Positions 26,036 to 35,176 of a stretch of DNA of 46,924 nucleotides are shown in pieces. A program made the translations under genes and the position numbers. The stretch lies in contig CAYOKQ010000003.1 in NCBI GenBank assembly GCA_964404595.1, forward strand, positions 1-46,924. The letters run 5' to 3'. The notes beneath the pieces are model-generated. The model worked only from the letters and a program-made list of their open reading frames with translations. It ran no database searches and was not told the origin of the DNA. Position 1 is the first letter of the stretch. Every line of letters begins with the position of its first letter. Source of the stretch: an uncultured Methanosarcinales archaeon. Lineage in GTDB: Archaea; Nanobdellota; Nanobdellia; Woesearchaeales; GW2011-AR9.

Positions 26036-28645
26036 CTATTTGTACCTCATTTTACGCACAATTCCATTATTTGCGTCTACTTCAATCATATCGCCGTCTT
26101 TGAATACTTGTGTGGCTATTTTCGTTCCGATGATGCAGGGCTTTTTGAGTTCTCTCGATATGATTGCAGCATGGCAGGTGACTCCCCCTTCATCGGTGAC
26201 AATACCTGCTGCTTTGCACATGACAGGAAAAAAGTTAGGAGTGATGCTACTGGTTACCAGAATATCTCCTTCTTGCACTTTTGAGAAATCATTTGGACCC
26301 ATAACAATTCTTGCCGTTCCCCGTACCATGCCTTGGTACCCTGTTTTGCCTGAAACTGGGGAATCTTTTACAGACGATCGTAAAGAATCAAATGGTACAA
26401 TTCTATGCAATTTATCACGGGCAGATCCGAATACAGTTACAATTTTCCCATCAATAATCAGCGTATCAAAACCATCCTTTCTAATTTTCAACTCTTTCCG
26501 TAATTCAGATGATACGCCATTCTCAAAAATCAAATTTAATTCCTCTGGAAAAAGAACGCTTGTTTCTTCATATGATAAATTATAGTGCTTACCGATTTTC
26601 TTGTAAAGAATTTGTAGGTAGAAGACCCCTTTCATACTCAATACTTCCGGTATCCTTGTGCGTAAATAAATCAAATGTCTAAGCAGATGAACTTCTTTGT
26701 CTTTCGATTTTTTGAATGCAAGTGATGGTTTCTCGGAAATTCTATATACATTAAAGATATCTTGGTAAGTTAAAGGTTTCCCCATGTAATGTAAAGTTGT
26801 TATCCAAGCCCATTTTTCTTTAATGTTCTTTATTTGTAAGAAAATTTTATTATCTCCTTTTTTCAGGAGAGTCTCTACTTGATCATTTGTTAAATTTGCT
26901 GTTACCTGCCTCAAAATTCTTGTTGGGATAGATATTTTATTGACCTCCTCTTGAAAAATAAAAATCTCTGGTTTTTTCAGAGAAACAGCAATTTTACTAA
27001 ATTTTTCTTCGGACAGATTCATTTTTGACTTAAGTCTTTGCTCTAACACGTCTGACCATGCAAGTAGAATACGAAATGCTCCCGCGCATTCAATAAAACG
27101 ACTGTAAAAAGTGGCGAAAACATCTTGATAACCATCCAATGTGTTTTTTTTGCTTAATGGAATAATCTTATTATCAATATACTTATTCAAATCATCAATC
27201 TTATTTTCAAAATAATTCAAAAGATCCAAAAGAAAATCAACCCCTTTTGAAGACTGCAAATGGGTATACAGGAACTCGTTAAGCTCCTTAATGTGGTTTA
27301 CATTTTGATACATTTTATCACCGTACCAAAAAGGCATATTAGTAATTCTAAAATTGCAATTATATGGCGGGTTGCGCTTTTGAACAATCAAATGAAGAAT
27401 CGTGTTGCCATGGGCAGCCAGATAAAAGTTAAATGGATTTGCCTTGCGTGCGATTGTAAACTCCCAATTTCCTCTTTGCAACCATCGGGCAATATCGTTG
27501 ATTCTGTTGTCATCATCTTGAAAAATTTTATCACCGTCTTTCAAAACAACTGGCTCGCTATTTACTTTATCTTTTTTTTGTAGCGTTGTAATCGGTCTTA
27601 TTTTAACGATTCCTGTATCCGCATCTACTTCAATCATATCGCCATCTTTTAATACTTGTGTGGCTATTTTCGTTCCGATGATGCAGGGCTTTTTGAGTTC
27701 TCTCGATATGATTGCAGCATGGCAGAGAATCCCACCCTCATCTGTTACAAAAGCCGCAGCTTTTTTCATTGCGGGCAGAAAATCCGGGGTGGTCATAGGT
27801 GTAACTAAAATGTCTCCAGTGGTTATTCTGTCAATCTCTCTCTTGTTAAAAATTAGACGAACTATCCCTTGCACTTTTCCTGGATATGCCGATTGTCCAG
27901 AAATTGGTCCAATATTCTGAGATTTTCTTTCAAATTCAAATTTATACCCTAATTGATGGATTCTCTTTTTTCCTTCTGTGGTTGGATATACTTCTCCATT
28001 GATGACGATGGCTTCTCTGCGACTTTGCAATTCCTGAAGTGTGGGGCACTTCTTGGCTACAAGATCTTCAAAAGTGAGTGATAAAAAGTCCTCTTCTGAA
28101 AAATGGGGGCAAAAATGCCGAGCATAATCAGAAAAAATATGCTGTACTTCATCGTAAAATCCTTCTGTTTCAGTTCTTAGCCGCTGATTATATGCTAATA
28201 CCTTTTTATGTTGTGGAGAAAGAATCTTCATTTCATTAGCAACCAGATCAGGAATATAATAATTAGCAATCACACCAGGCCAGGCTTGGATATAAAACTT
28301 TTTAATTTTCAGAAGGCTTTTCTTGGTTATGGGGTTAGTTAATATTTTTTTAATACTCCGTATTGCAAGCATAGTTTTTTCTATAATTGCTTGGTATGCC
28401 GATGGCTCTTCTTTAAATTTTTTCAAGAAAAATTTTAAAGTATTCTGATGTTCTTCATCACAGCGATAAATAAAGAAAGTTCTTGATGTTTTCGACCCTA
28501 CGGCAATATTATATCCTTCTTTAAATACATCTTTTATCTGTAAGTAACCTAGCGTCCATAACTGCATTGAAAATATTGCTAAATCTCTACTGATGATCTT
28601 TTGAAGAATTTTATTCTTCTTTATTTGATTCACTTTGGCACCCAC
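26036..28645 (-). CDS. Tandem-duplicated PEP-utilising (swivelling phosphohistidine) domain protein
   Basis: Two copies of the mobile-domain signature: GDILVTPMTTPDFLPAMKKAAAFVTDEGGILCHAAIISRELKKPCIIGT and GDILVTSSITPNFFPVMCKAAGIVTDEGGVTCHAAIISRELKKPCIIGT. Each is preceded by a helical region of unknown type. Confidence 0.75.
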   Translation of the reverse strand: MGAKVNQIKKNKILQKIISRDLAIFSMQLWTLGYLQIKDVFKEGYNIAVGSKTSRTFFIYRCDEEHQNTLKFFLKKFKEEPSAYQAIIEKTMLAIRSIKKILTNPITKKSLLKIKKFYIQAWPGVIANYYIPDLVANEMKILSPQHKKVLAYNQRLRTETEGFYDEVQHIFSDYARHFCPHFSEEDFLSLTFEDLVAKKCPTLQELQSRREAIVINGEVYPTTEGKKRIHQLGYKFEFERKSQNIGPISGQSAYPGKVQGIVRLIFNKREIDRITTGDILVTPMTTPDFLPAMKKAAAFVTDEGGILCHAAIISRELKKPCIIGTKIATQVLKDGDMIEVDADTGIVKIRPITTLQKKDKVNSEPVVLKDGDKIFQDDDNRINDIARWLQRGNWEFTIARKANPFNFYLAAHGNTILHLIVQKRNPPYNCNFRITNMPFWYGDKMYQNVNHIKELNEFLYTHLQSSKGVDFLLDLLNYFENKIDDLNKYIDNKIIPLSKKNTLDGYQDVFATFYSRFIECAGAFRILLAWSDVLEQRLKSKMNLSEEKFSKIAVSLKKPEIFIFQEEVNKISIPTRILRQVTANLTNDQVETLLKKGDNKIFLQIKNIKEKWAWITTLHYMGKPLTYQDIFNVYRISEKPSLAFKKSKDKEVHLLRHLIYLRTRIPEVLSMKGVFYLQILYKKIGKHYNLSYEETSVLFPEELNLIFENGVSSELRKELKIRKDGFDTLIIDGKIVTVFGSARDKLHRIVPFDSLRSSVKDSPVSGKTGYQGMVRGTARIVMGPNDFSKVQEGDILVTSSITPNFFPVMCKAAGIVTDEGGVTCHAAIISRELKKPCIIGTKIATQVFKDGDMIEVDANNGIVRKMRYK
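26076..26177 (-). repeat. Intragenic near-identical repeat, copy 1
   Basis: 102 nt with 2 mismatches against 27624-27725, including a 72-nt perfect run (26106-26177 = 27654-27725). The offset is 1548 nt, or 516 codons. Confidence 0.9.
27624..27725 (-). repeat. Intragenic near-identical repeat, copy 2
   Basis: See copy 1. Confidence 0.9.
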
Positions 28646-30084
28646 ATCCTATAAACACATCCTTTTTCTTCCTTCTTAAAGATTTCTTTATTCTCTGCTG
28701 CCATCTGCCGCAATACCTTCTGTTTTTCTTCAATACAAGCCTCATCGCCCACTGCACATATAAAATCACATTCATTCACGAAAAGAAGTTGATAATACTG
28801 GTGCTGCCGTTCATATACTGTAGGTGCAAACTCAATTCCATCCAGCGTCACCACTTTAAGATCAACGTACGATATTAACGAAGGGTCGGAGGTAAGAATA
28901 GTGCCTGTAATATTATTTTCCTTGATAGCACTCATCAATTCTGTTTCAAAGGTGAACCCGCGCTCAAAATGCAATTCCACTGGGAGAGGAATGATGACCA
29001 TTAGCATACACATAACGATAAAAGCTTTTGGTTTCATCCATGGTTTAGCCATCGATTGCAATTGCCGATATATTTTTACCACGGTAAATCCAACGAGCAT
29101 TGCCAGAAATGGAAGAATAGTTGCCAAATATCGCGGTTCTTTTCGAGGAACGTACATAAAATAAGCTATGGTTAAAAGGCAGAGCATCAAAAGTAAAACG
29201 TGCTCTTTGTCTTGCCATAATCTTTCTTTCCAAAAATAGTAAAGATAGACAAAGAAAAATAAGAAGATAGGCAAGCTGAGAAAAAAATCAGTGAAATAGT
29301 AGGCAAAGCCATTCTCGTACACCCACGTTGCGGTTGTGACTATCCATGATCCTGCGCGAAATGGTTCTAATGCCGATCCATAGCGATAATAATTAAATAC
29401 TAGATATGGGATGATTGGAAGCACAAATCCCAGAGTAAGTGCTAACAGGTTCTTGAATTTGGCAATTATGGGTTCTTTATACAGTAAAAATATCATGAAA
29501 ACTGCGGCAAACCAAATTCCCTGAGGAAATCTGGTAAGGAAGGAGAGCGCAAGACATACTCCTGCCAGCACCAATTTCCCCTTTTTTTTATTGTCGTTGA
29601 GTATAAAAAATATTCCCAGAAGCCCAAATACCATTGCCGGTAAATCACTGAGAATAAGACCGGTGAACATCATTAATAATGAGGTCAAGCTCAGGATCAA
29701 TGAACTTACGATAGCTGTGGTCTTATTGAAGATTTTTTCTGAAATTTTGTACGCTACAAAAATAATCAAAAGCGAGTAGATGACATCCAGCACTTTTCCT
29801 ATGAATATTGGATTAAAACCCGCGTTCCAGAACCATCCCAGAATAAGCGGATGAATCAAAGGCCTAAACGATTCCCATATACCTATTTCGCCCCCGGAAT
29901 AGATGTATTTCCCAATACCTATGTATACATGAGAATCCCACCATAAAGGGTAATCCAATGATAAATAAACCAAGCGCAGTACTATAGATCCTAGCAGTAT
30001 GCTGAGCAATGGATACTGCTGCATACACTCAAAAGCTTTTTTCATAATCATGAACATTGGGGAGCGTCGTGCAGTGATGCACAA
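28630..30084 (-). CDS. GT-C-fold glycosyltransferase (ArnT/PMT, GT39/GT83-like)
   Basis: About 11-12 TM helices with a first-loop acidic motif (DYPLWWDSHVY) and a C-terminal soluble domain. The start is uncertain (Met at 30084, 30057, 30051 or 30045). Confidence 0.65.
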   Translation of the reverse strand: MCITARRSPMFMIMKKAFECMQQYPLLSILLGSIVLRLVYLSLDYPLWWDSHVYIGIGKYIYSGGEIGIWESFRPLIHPLILGWFWNAGFNPIFIGKVLDVIYSLLIIFVAYKISEKIFNKTTAIVSSLILSLTSLLMMFTGLILSDLPAMVFGLLGIFFILNDNKKKGKLVLAGVCLALSFLTRFPQGIWFAAVFMIFLLYKEPIIAKFKNLLALTLGFVLPIIPYLVFNYYRYGSALEPFRAGSWIVTTATWVYENGFAYYFTDFFLSLPIFLFFFVYLYYFWKERLWQDKEHVLLLMLCLLTIAYFMYVPRKEPRYLATILPFLAMLVGFTVVKIYRQLQSMAKPWMKPKAFIVMCMLMVIIPLPVELHFERGFTFETELMSAIKENNITGTILTSDPSLISYVDLKVVTLDGIEFAPTVYERQHQYYQLLFVNECDFICAVGDEACIEEKQKVLRQMAAENKEIFKKEEKGCVYRMWVPK

Positions 30085-30731
30085 ATGTATTCTTGCAGCT
30101 CTTCTTTTTTCACCACGCCCTCGTATCGGTGTTCATCTATAACCAAAGTAGGATATTTAGTGACATTAAACTGCGACATGGCAATTTCTACCATCGGCTC
30201 TTCTTCACGTAAATCCAAGTTGATGGGGAATATAAGTACTTTTTCTCCAAAGAGGTTTTTAAAATAGGTTAAGATGGTTCCCTGATTAGGGCAGGACTGG
30301 CAATCCTGGGAATAAAAGTACAAGATGGTTACAATGTCCAGATTACAGCGTTGTTTACTCTCCTTGGCCAGCAGCCAATAGCGAAGATTATCAATTATAT
30401 AACGGCGCTGAATTATGTTTTGGCGGGCCGTTGGCGTTTGTGATTCTTCTTCAAAGGTGATCACTTCATCAAGAGATTCGCTCAGGTCTTGTACGGTATT
30501 CTTGAGAGCGGTGGAGAGAACCGGGCAATTATCCTGGGCTCGAAATGAATTTAGATAAAGATATTGCAGCTGCAGGCTCAGGTAACTAACATCCTGCTGC
30601 AGGTTTATCTCCTCCACGGCTTTATATCGTTGATCCTGCAGCAAAAAACCCAACGTGATTCCCAGTGCGAAAATCAAAAAAGTCAGTATTCCTGCGACAA
30701 TATATTTCTCCTTGCTTATTATTCTTACCAT
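30048..30731 (-). CDS. Membrane-anchored thioredoxin-fold protein with a CxxC motif
   Basis: N-terminal TM helix, then YFYSQDCQSCPNQGTILTYF (C-Q-S-C) and FPINLD...KYPTLVI, a thioredoxin-like pattern. Confidence 0.6.
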   Translation of the reverse strand: MVRIISKEKYIVAGILTFLIFALGITLGFLLQDQRYKAVEEINLQQDVSYLSLQLQYLYLNSFRAQDNCPVLSTALKNTVQDLSESLDEVITFEEESQTPTARQNIIQRRYIIDNLRYWLLAKESKQRCNLDIVTILYFYSQDCQSCPNQGTILTYFKNLFGEKVLIFPINLDLREEEPMVEIAMSQFNVTKYPTLVIDEHRYEGVVKKEELQEYICASLHDAPQCS

Positions 30732-31999
30732 CGTATTTTTCGGCTCCTGCTGAATTCAGCAAAACATACTAGTAGGATTATCCCTTTGAGCAGATAATAA
30801 AAAATGCTATAAGGGATGAGTGGAAGCCACCCAAATTTAAGCATTTTTTCCTGTGCGTTCTTATGTGCATGATAAAAAAAGAAGAAGCCTACTGTGCCTA
30901 AACAAAAAAGGACGAAAAATTTTCGAAAATCACCTATGAGAAAATTTAATTTGGTGAAGTTAACATGAAAAGAAGTGATATAAGGCAGCACATCAAATTG
31001 AATGAGAAACAAACCTTTTAGTTTGAGCAAAAAAGGCCACAATAAGATATAGCCGGCCATGCCAATTCCAGCTATTGCCAGAAAAAATCCGGCAACATTT
31101 TTTACCATTTGCATGGCGCCAAAATCACCATACTTGGAATTGGCGACCATGTTCCTGTATCTGTAAAGGCAGGAAATGCTGCCCATGTACCAGCGTCGTC
31201 GCTGTCTATAAAATTCTTTGATGGTGTGGGGGGCAACGGTATAGACGTATCCATCAAAACATTGTCTGATTTTGAGCTGCTGCTGCTGAACCCTATAGGC
31301 AATTTCCTGATCTTCGGTAAGAGTATGCTCATCAAAACCCCCGATAGTCTTGATCATTTGCGTTTTATACAATGAGAATGGCCCGGGAGCAACATAGAGT
31401 GAATCAATGTGGCTGCTTAATCTGCCGATAAAAATCATGACAATATATTCGAGCCACTGAATTTTCTGCAAAATATTCTTTGGGCTATGCACTTTCATTG
31501 CCGGAGTTACAATCGCCAAATCAGGATCATTCTGATGATAATAAAAAGCCAGCATTTTACGCAAGGTCTGGGGATCTACAAAAGAGTCCGCATCAAGGCA
31601 GGCAAAAAATTCCCCGCGGGCAATTTGCAGGGCACAATTCATGGACGCCGCTTTTCCTTTATTTGTATGCGAAATAAGCCGAAAATGGGGTTTATCTTGA
31701 ATATATGCAGCGGCTATCTCGCCGGTTTTATCACTCGAACCATCATTGATAATAATAATATCAATCTTATCTTTGGGATACTCTAAATTATGGACAGATT
31801 GCAGTGTCTTAATGATGGTGGATTCTTCATTGTAGGCTGGTATGAGCACCGAAACCATGGGGAAATGCTCCAATGCTGTCGATGACTGTTCCGTCTTGAA
31901 CAGGGGCTTTTTGTCCATATACACGAGCCATAAAAAAATAGTAAAGTATAAAGAAACCAGGTACGCAATCCAGATGATAATGTCGGCAAGGAAATTCAT
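30725..31999 (-). CDS. Processive family-2 glycosyltransferase (cellulose/chitin-synthase-like)
   Basis: VLIPAYNEE...INDGSSDKT, CLDADSFVD (DxD), TEDQEIAYR (TED) and QRRRWYMGS (QxxRW), flanked by TM helices. Confidence 0.85.
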   Translation of the reverse strand: MNFLADIIIWIAYLVSLYFTIFLWLVYMDKKPLFKTEQSSTALEHFPMVSVLIPAYNEESTIIKTLQSVHNLEYPKDKIDIIIINDGSSDKTGEIAAAYIQDKPHFRLISHTNKGKAASMNCALQIARGEFFACLDADSFVDPQTLRKMLAFYYHQNDPDLAIVTPAMKVHSPKNILQKIQWLEYIVMIFIGRLSSHIDSLYVAPGPFSLYKTQMIKTIGGFDEHTLTEDQEIAYRVQQQQLKIRQCFDGYVYTVAPHTIKEFYRQRRRWYMGSISCLYRYRNMVANSKYGDFGAMQMVKNVAGFFLAIAGIGMAGYILLWPFLLKLKGLFLIQFDVLPYITSFHVNFTKLNFLIGDFRKFFVLFCLGTVGFFFFYHAHKNAQEKMLKFGWLPLIPYSIFYYLLKGIILLVCFAEFSRSRKIRW

Positions 32000-32016
32000 G
32001 GTTCTATACGTGCCTC

Positions 32017-33387
32017 CTACTTAAACACCCACACCTCATAGTCTTTAGATGAATAAGCCAATTTAAACCTTTCGTTCTTTAATAAGAATAACAATCCGCC
32101 CTGGTCAGCTGAGTATTCTGCCTTGAAAGCAGGTGTAATATAGATTGCTCCAACATTTTCTTGTTCTAATATCGGAAAAGTCGTGTCAATGTAACTAGAG
32201 TTGAGCAGAATCTCGAGAAGGTGCTCATCTTCCTCCACCTGCGGTTCAATAAGTGGTATACGATCGCTGAAATAATAGATATAATAGCTTTCCTGGGGAA
32301 GAGCAAATACTTTTTTGTCTTGCGGAAGATTATCTTTGATCCAGACCAAAGCAGCGACGTTATCTGCCGCTGGTCCAAATGTGAACATTCGCTGCCCATA
32401 GCTCACTGCCGAAAAACAAATGCTCAGGATAATCACCAGTAGGGCAAATAATTTCAATGTTTTTTGATTCCAGGCGGTGCTAAAGAGCATCCTCAATCCC
32501 ACGCATGCAAAAAGAAGAATGATAACTGCCAGATACAAAATAATACCGGTATTATAAAGATAAATCGGAATAAGTACCAATAATACCAAATACCATACGC
32601 GGCATTCTTTCAATCGCCAGGCCATTCCCAGGCCCAATATACCCAGCAAAATCAAAGTGAATCCTATTCCGCTGTGCCCTCCCAAATCAGCGACAAGATC
32701 GGCCATTATCTGTTGTTTGTGAAATGGGCCTGACACAAATGATTCTTGCAGGAATAAGCCATTGATGAGAATGCACAAGATTATTATTCCCAATATTACG
32801 ATTACTTCTTTCTCGTCCCGATGATAATATACATAGGTCATTAATAGTAATAATGCCACTATCCCTGTAGCCAGATCAATGAAAGGAAGAAGCAGAAAAG
32901 GAAGTATTGCCAGATATTTTATTTTTTTATATGTTAACAGAACCAATCCTAGCAACATAAAGAAGAATCCGGTCATTGTTGTAGAAATAGTGCTTGCTGC
33001 GTACAAAAAGGCTGGCGTAAGAAGTGCAGACAGAAGAAATAGAAATTTAATTTCCCCGTCCCATCTAAATCTTGATCCTAGAACTATCGCCAGAATGATG
33101 CACCCTACACTCAACAATAAAGGTATAAGAAAAGTCAAGCTTGCCGGAAGAAAAGAAATGAGCAATCCTATTGGAAAATAATAGCTAAAGCCCTGATTTG
33201 GAAAAGCGGAGAGATGGAAATAGCTCTCTGGCCCTATGATCAGGGGCTGGCTTTGGAGATAATGAAAAAGATACATGAAACCGACCAGAAGCAAGGTTGC
33301 TATTGGAACATAAATATGCTGAAATCGCAGAAGATGCAGGTAAAAAGGCGAGGTGCTTATATTCATGTGACCTCCTTCAAGGCGCAT
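32017..33387 (-). CDS. Polytopic membrane protein, GT-C/STT3-like N-terminal architecture
   Basis: About 12 TM helices with first-loop motif GPESYFHLS, paralogous to the YDSYFHLR of the upstream gene. The probable start is the Met at 33366, which abuts the upstream stop. Confidence 0.5.
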   Translation of the reverse strand: MRLEGGHMNISTSPFYLHLLRFQHIYVPIATLLLVGFMYLFHYLQSQPLIIGPESYFHLSAFPNQGFSYYFPIGLLISFLPASLTFLIPLLLSVGCIILAIVLGSRFRWDGEIKFLFLLSALLTPAFLYAASTISTTMTGFFFMLLGLVLLTYKKIKYLAILPFLLLPFIDLATGIVALLLLMTYVYYHRDEKEVIVILGIIILCILINGLFLQESFVSGPFHKQQIMADLVADLGGHSGIGFTLILLGILGLGMAWRLKECRVWYLVLLVLIPIYLYNTGIILYLAVIILLFACVGLRMLFSTAWNQKTLKLFALLVIILSICFSAVSYGQRMFTFGPAADNVAALVWIKDNLPQDKKVFALPQESYYIYYFSDRIPLIEPQVEEDEHLLEILLNSSYIDTTFPILEQENVGAIYITPAFKAEYSADQGGLLFLLKNERFKLAYSSKDYEVWVFK

Positions 33388-34847
33388 TTAACTCTATAAA
33401 TTCTTGTTTCAGCTCCATACACCCGTTCAAAACAGGCAGGAGTATAATATTTGAATGTTGCAATGTTGTAATGCTGCTGAGCATGCGGAGTGATTATCAG
33501 ATAATCGAGATCATATTTTGCCATGATCTCATATGCTTGAGTCTGAAAAATGGTGGTGTAAAGAGACTGAATGTCGGAGAATCGAACTGGCGCATTGCGG
33601 ACCAAAGCAAATTGATCGTCCATAATGTTTTTTCGATGTCCATAGTACGTCAGCAGGTGGCCTTCCTCCAGCAGCGCCAGAAAAACGGTGTTTTGAGGAG
33701 TATTTTTAGAGATCCATTCAAAAGCAGCAACTTCTTCTATGCTGGGTGTTGATTGTTCAAGTGCAGTGTTAATGGCCGGCCATATTGTAGAAACTGCTAT
33801 TAAAATCACCAGGAGCAGCAGGTAATTCTTTTTTAAGAATGAGAGGGTTGTTTTCTGCAGATATTCTGACGTTTGCTTGTAAAAAGAGGCTACAAAAATT
33901 GCCAATATTAATCCAAAGAGAGCCAACGAAAACTTAAATTCGGTTAATCGTGCCCAGGTCAAAATGGTGGTTGAAATGACTATGCTCAGCAGGAATAATA
34001 ATTTTCTATCTTTAAGCCGGAATAAAGACTGGTAGGCGATAAAAATGCCGATTACAAATGGGATAATGCTCACCAGAACAACAGCTGACAGGATGGATAT
34101 TTCAGGAAAATAATCACTGATTATTTGTGGGGGCACATTACGCCAGATGAATTCAATTCCCTGGCTGGCCAAAGTATTTTTAAAAAAGAGAAATTGGCTC
34201 CATACAAAGAAAAAGATGGCAAAAATAAACAATTCTTTTTCAGCCCTGGCGGCAGGCCTGTCTTCAATGAATGATAATAATAAGTAAACTCCATAGCCCA
34301 CGATAAGCAACGAAGTGGCAGAACTCACAAAGCATAATATTATGAATGACCCCACATAGGTGTACAGAAATTTTTTCTCCTGTAATCGCAAGAAAGCATA
34401 AATATTCAGAAATACCAGCGGAAAAAAAAGTGCATCTACTGAAATGGCGTTGGGGGTAAATAATACTGGGAGAAATCCAGCCGTAAGAGCTGCCAGCAAC
34501 GAAGCTTGTTCGTGGTGGGTGATCTTTTTGGATATCAGGTAGGCTAAAACTGGCAGCGATGAAAATAAGAGGTTAGAAATAAGCTTAGCTGCAAATTCGA
34601 GCGGCAGAAAAAGATTAAAAAAGGCCATAAAATAATGATATACCGGCAGAAAAACATGCTCTCTTCCCCCATAGGAGAGCGGGTCCTGGTAGAGCGGCAA
34701 TCCGGTTGCGCCAATTTCTTCTATCTGGCGCAAGTGGAAGTAAGAATCGTAGGTAAAGTGAGGAATAGTGAAGGCGATAATCAGTCTGGAGGCAAGCGTC
34801 AGCAAAAATATGGTGAGTAACCAGTAGGTGTACTTACGATCTTTCAT
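33363..34847 (-). CDS. Polytopic membrane protein, GT-C/STT3(AglB)-like without a visible WWDYG domain
   Basis: About 13 TM helices with first-loop motif FTYDSYFHLRQIEE, resembling the EL1 acidic motif of STT3/AglB-type enzymes. The C-terminal soluble domain is short. Confidence 0.55.
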   Translation of the reverse strand: MKDRKYTYWLLTIFLLTLASRLIIAFTIPHFTYDSYFHLRQIEEIGATGLPLYQDPLSYGGREHVFLPVYHYFMAFFNLFLPLEFAAKLISNLLFSSLPVLAYLISKKITHHEQASLLAALTAGFLPVLFTPNAISVDALFFPLVFLNIYAFLRLQEKKFLYTYVGSFIILCFVSSATSLLIVGYGVYLLLSFIEDRPAARAEKELFIFAIFFFVWSQFLFFKNTLASQGIEFIWRNVPPQIISDYFPEISILSAVVLVSIIPFVIGIFIAYQSLFRLKDRKLLFLLSIVISTTILTWARLTEFKFSLALFGLILAIFVASFYKQTSEYLQKTTLSFLKKNYLLLLVILIAVSTIWPAINTALEQSTPSIEEVAAFEWISKNTPQNTVFLALLEEGHLLTYYGHRKNIMDDQFALVRNAPVRFSDIQSLYTTIFQTQAYEIMAKYDLDYLIITPHAQQHYNIATFKYYTPACFERVYGAETRIYRVKCALKEVT

Positions 34848-34869
34848 ATCAAAAGAAATAGGCGTTTGG

Positions 34870-34878
34870 TATAAATAT
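34870..34878. promoter_or_regulatory. TATA-like box shared by the divergent glycan operon and the ncRNA
   Basis: TATAAATAT lies about 27 nt from the ATG at 34847 (minus strand) and about 30-34 nt from the first helix of the structured RNA (plus strand). Its orientation cannot be decided by eye. Confidence 0.4.
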
Positions 34879-34907
34879 GTTTGGGAATCTTGACACTATC
34901 CGTTTTG

Positions 34908-35176
34908 TGAGTGATATTGCAAAAATCACCACTGCCACTATGCGAGCAAGTAACTGCCTCTGCTTGCACATAGTTAATGTCCGATTTCCATACAAGATGA
35001 CATCTGGAAATCGGACTTGCTCGCGGCGTGGTGATTTTAAGCACGGGCTGGCCGTTCGACTCGGATTTTTCTTACAGTAATGAAAATGATAGAAAAATCA
35101 ACTTAATTTAGGTCTGACGAATAGATTAGCTCGTCGAACTTCTTGGCCAAGCCCGTGCTTTTTGCAATATCACTCA
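34908..35176 (+). ncRNA. Unclassified structured RNA of about 270 nt (candidate housekeeping RNA such as SRP or RNase P RNA, or novel)
   Basis: Nested perfect or near-perfect helices:
- 34908-25 / 35159-76 (18 bp)
- 34926-32 / 35028-34
- 34942-51 / 35015-24 (10 bp)
- 34979-90 / 35005-16 (12 bp)
- 35039-53 / 35145-60
- 35054-60 / 35133-39
- 35064-72 / 35091-99
A T6 run follows at 35177-82. The region is locally G+C-richer than the flanks. Confidence 0.55.

Noticed and set aside
26010-27920. Plus-strand ORFs of 191, 107 and 86 aa
   Set aside because: They are antisense to the PEP-utilising gene. Two of them mirror each other (MQGFLSSLDMIAAWQ) only because they cross the intragenic repeat.
34844-35080. 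66-aa (minus) and 67-aa (plus) ORFs in the intergenic region
   Set aside because: They are mutually antisense, Cys/Arg-rich and low-plausibility peptides lying exactly over the nested RNA helices. I interpret the region as RNA, not coding.
34908-35176. Calling the structured RNA SRP RNA or RNase P RNA outright
   Set aside because: I looked for the SRP helix-8 GNAR tetraloop with AGCA/GGA loops and for the RNase P P4 GGAAAGUCC / ACAGAA motifs. The only near match, AAGUCCG on the minus strand, sits inside a local 12-bp hairpin on the strand that lacks a terminator. The evidence is insufficient for a family call.
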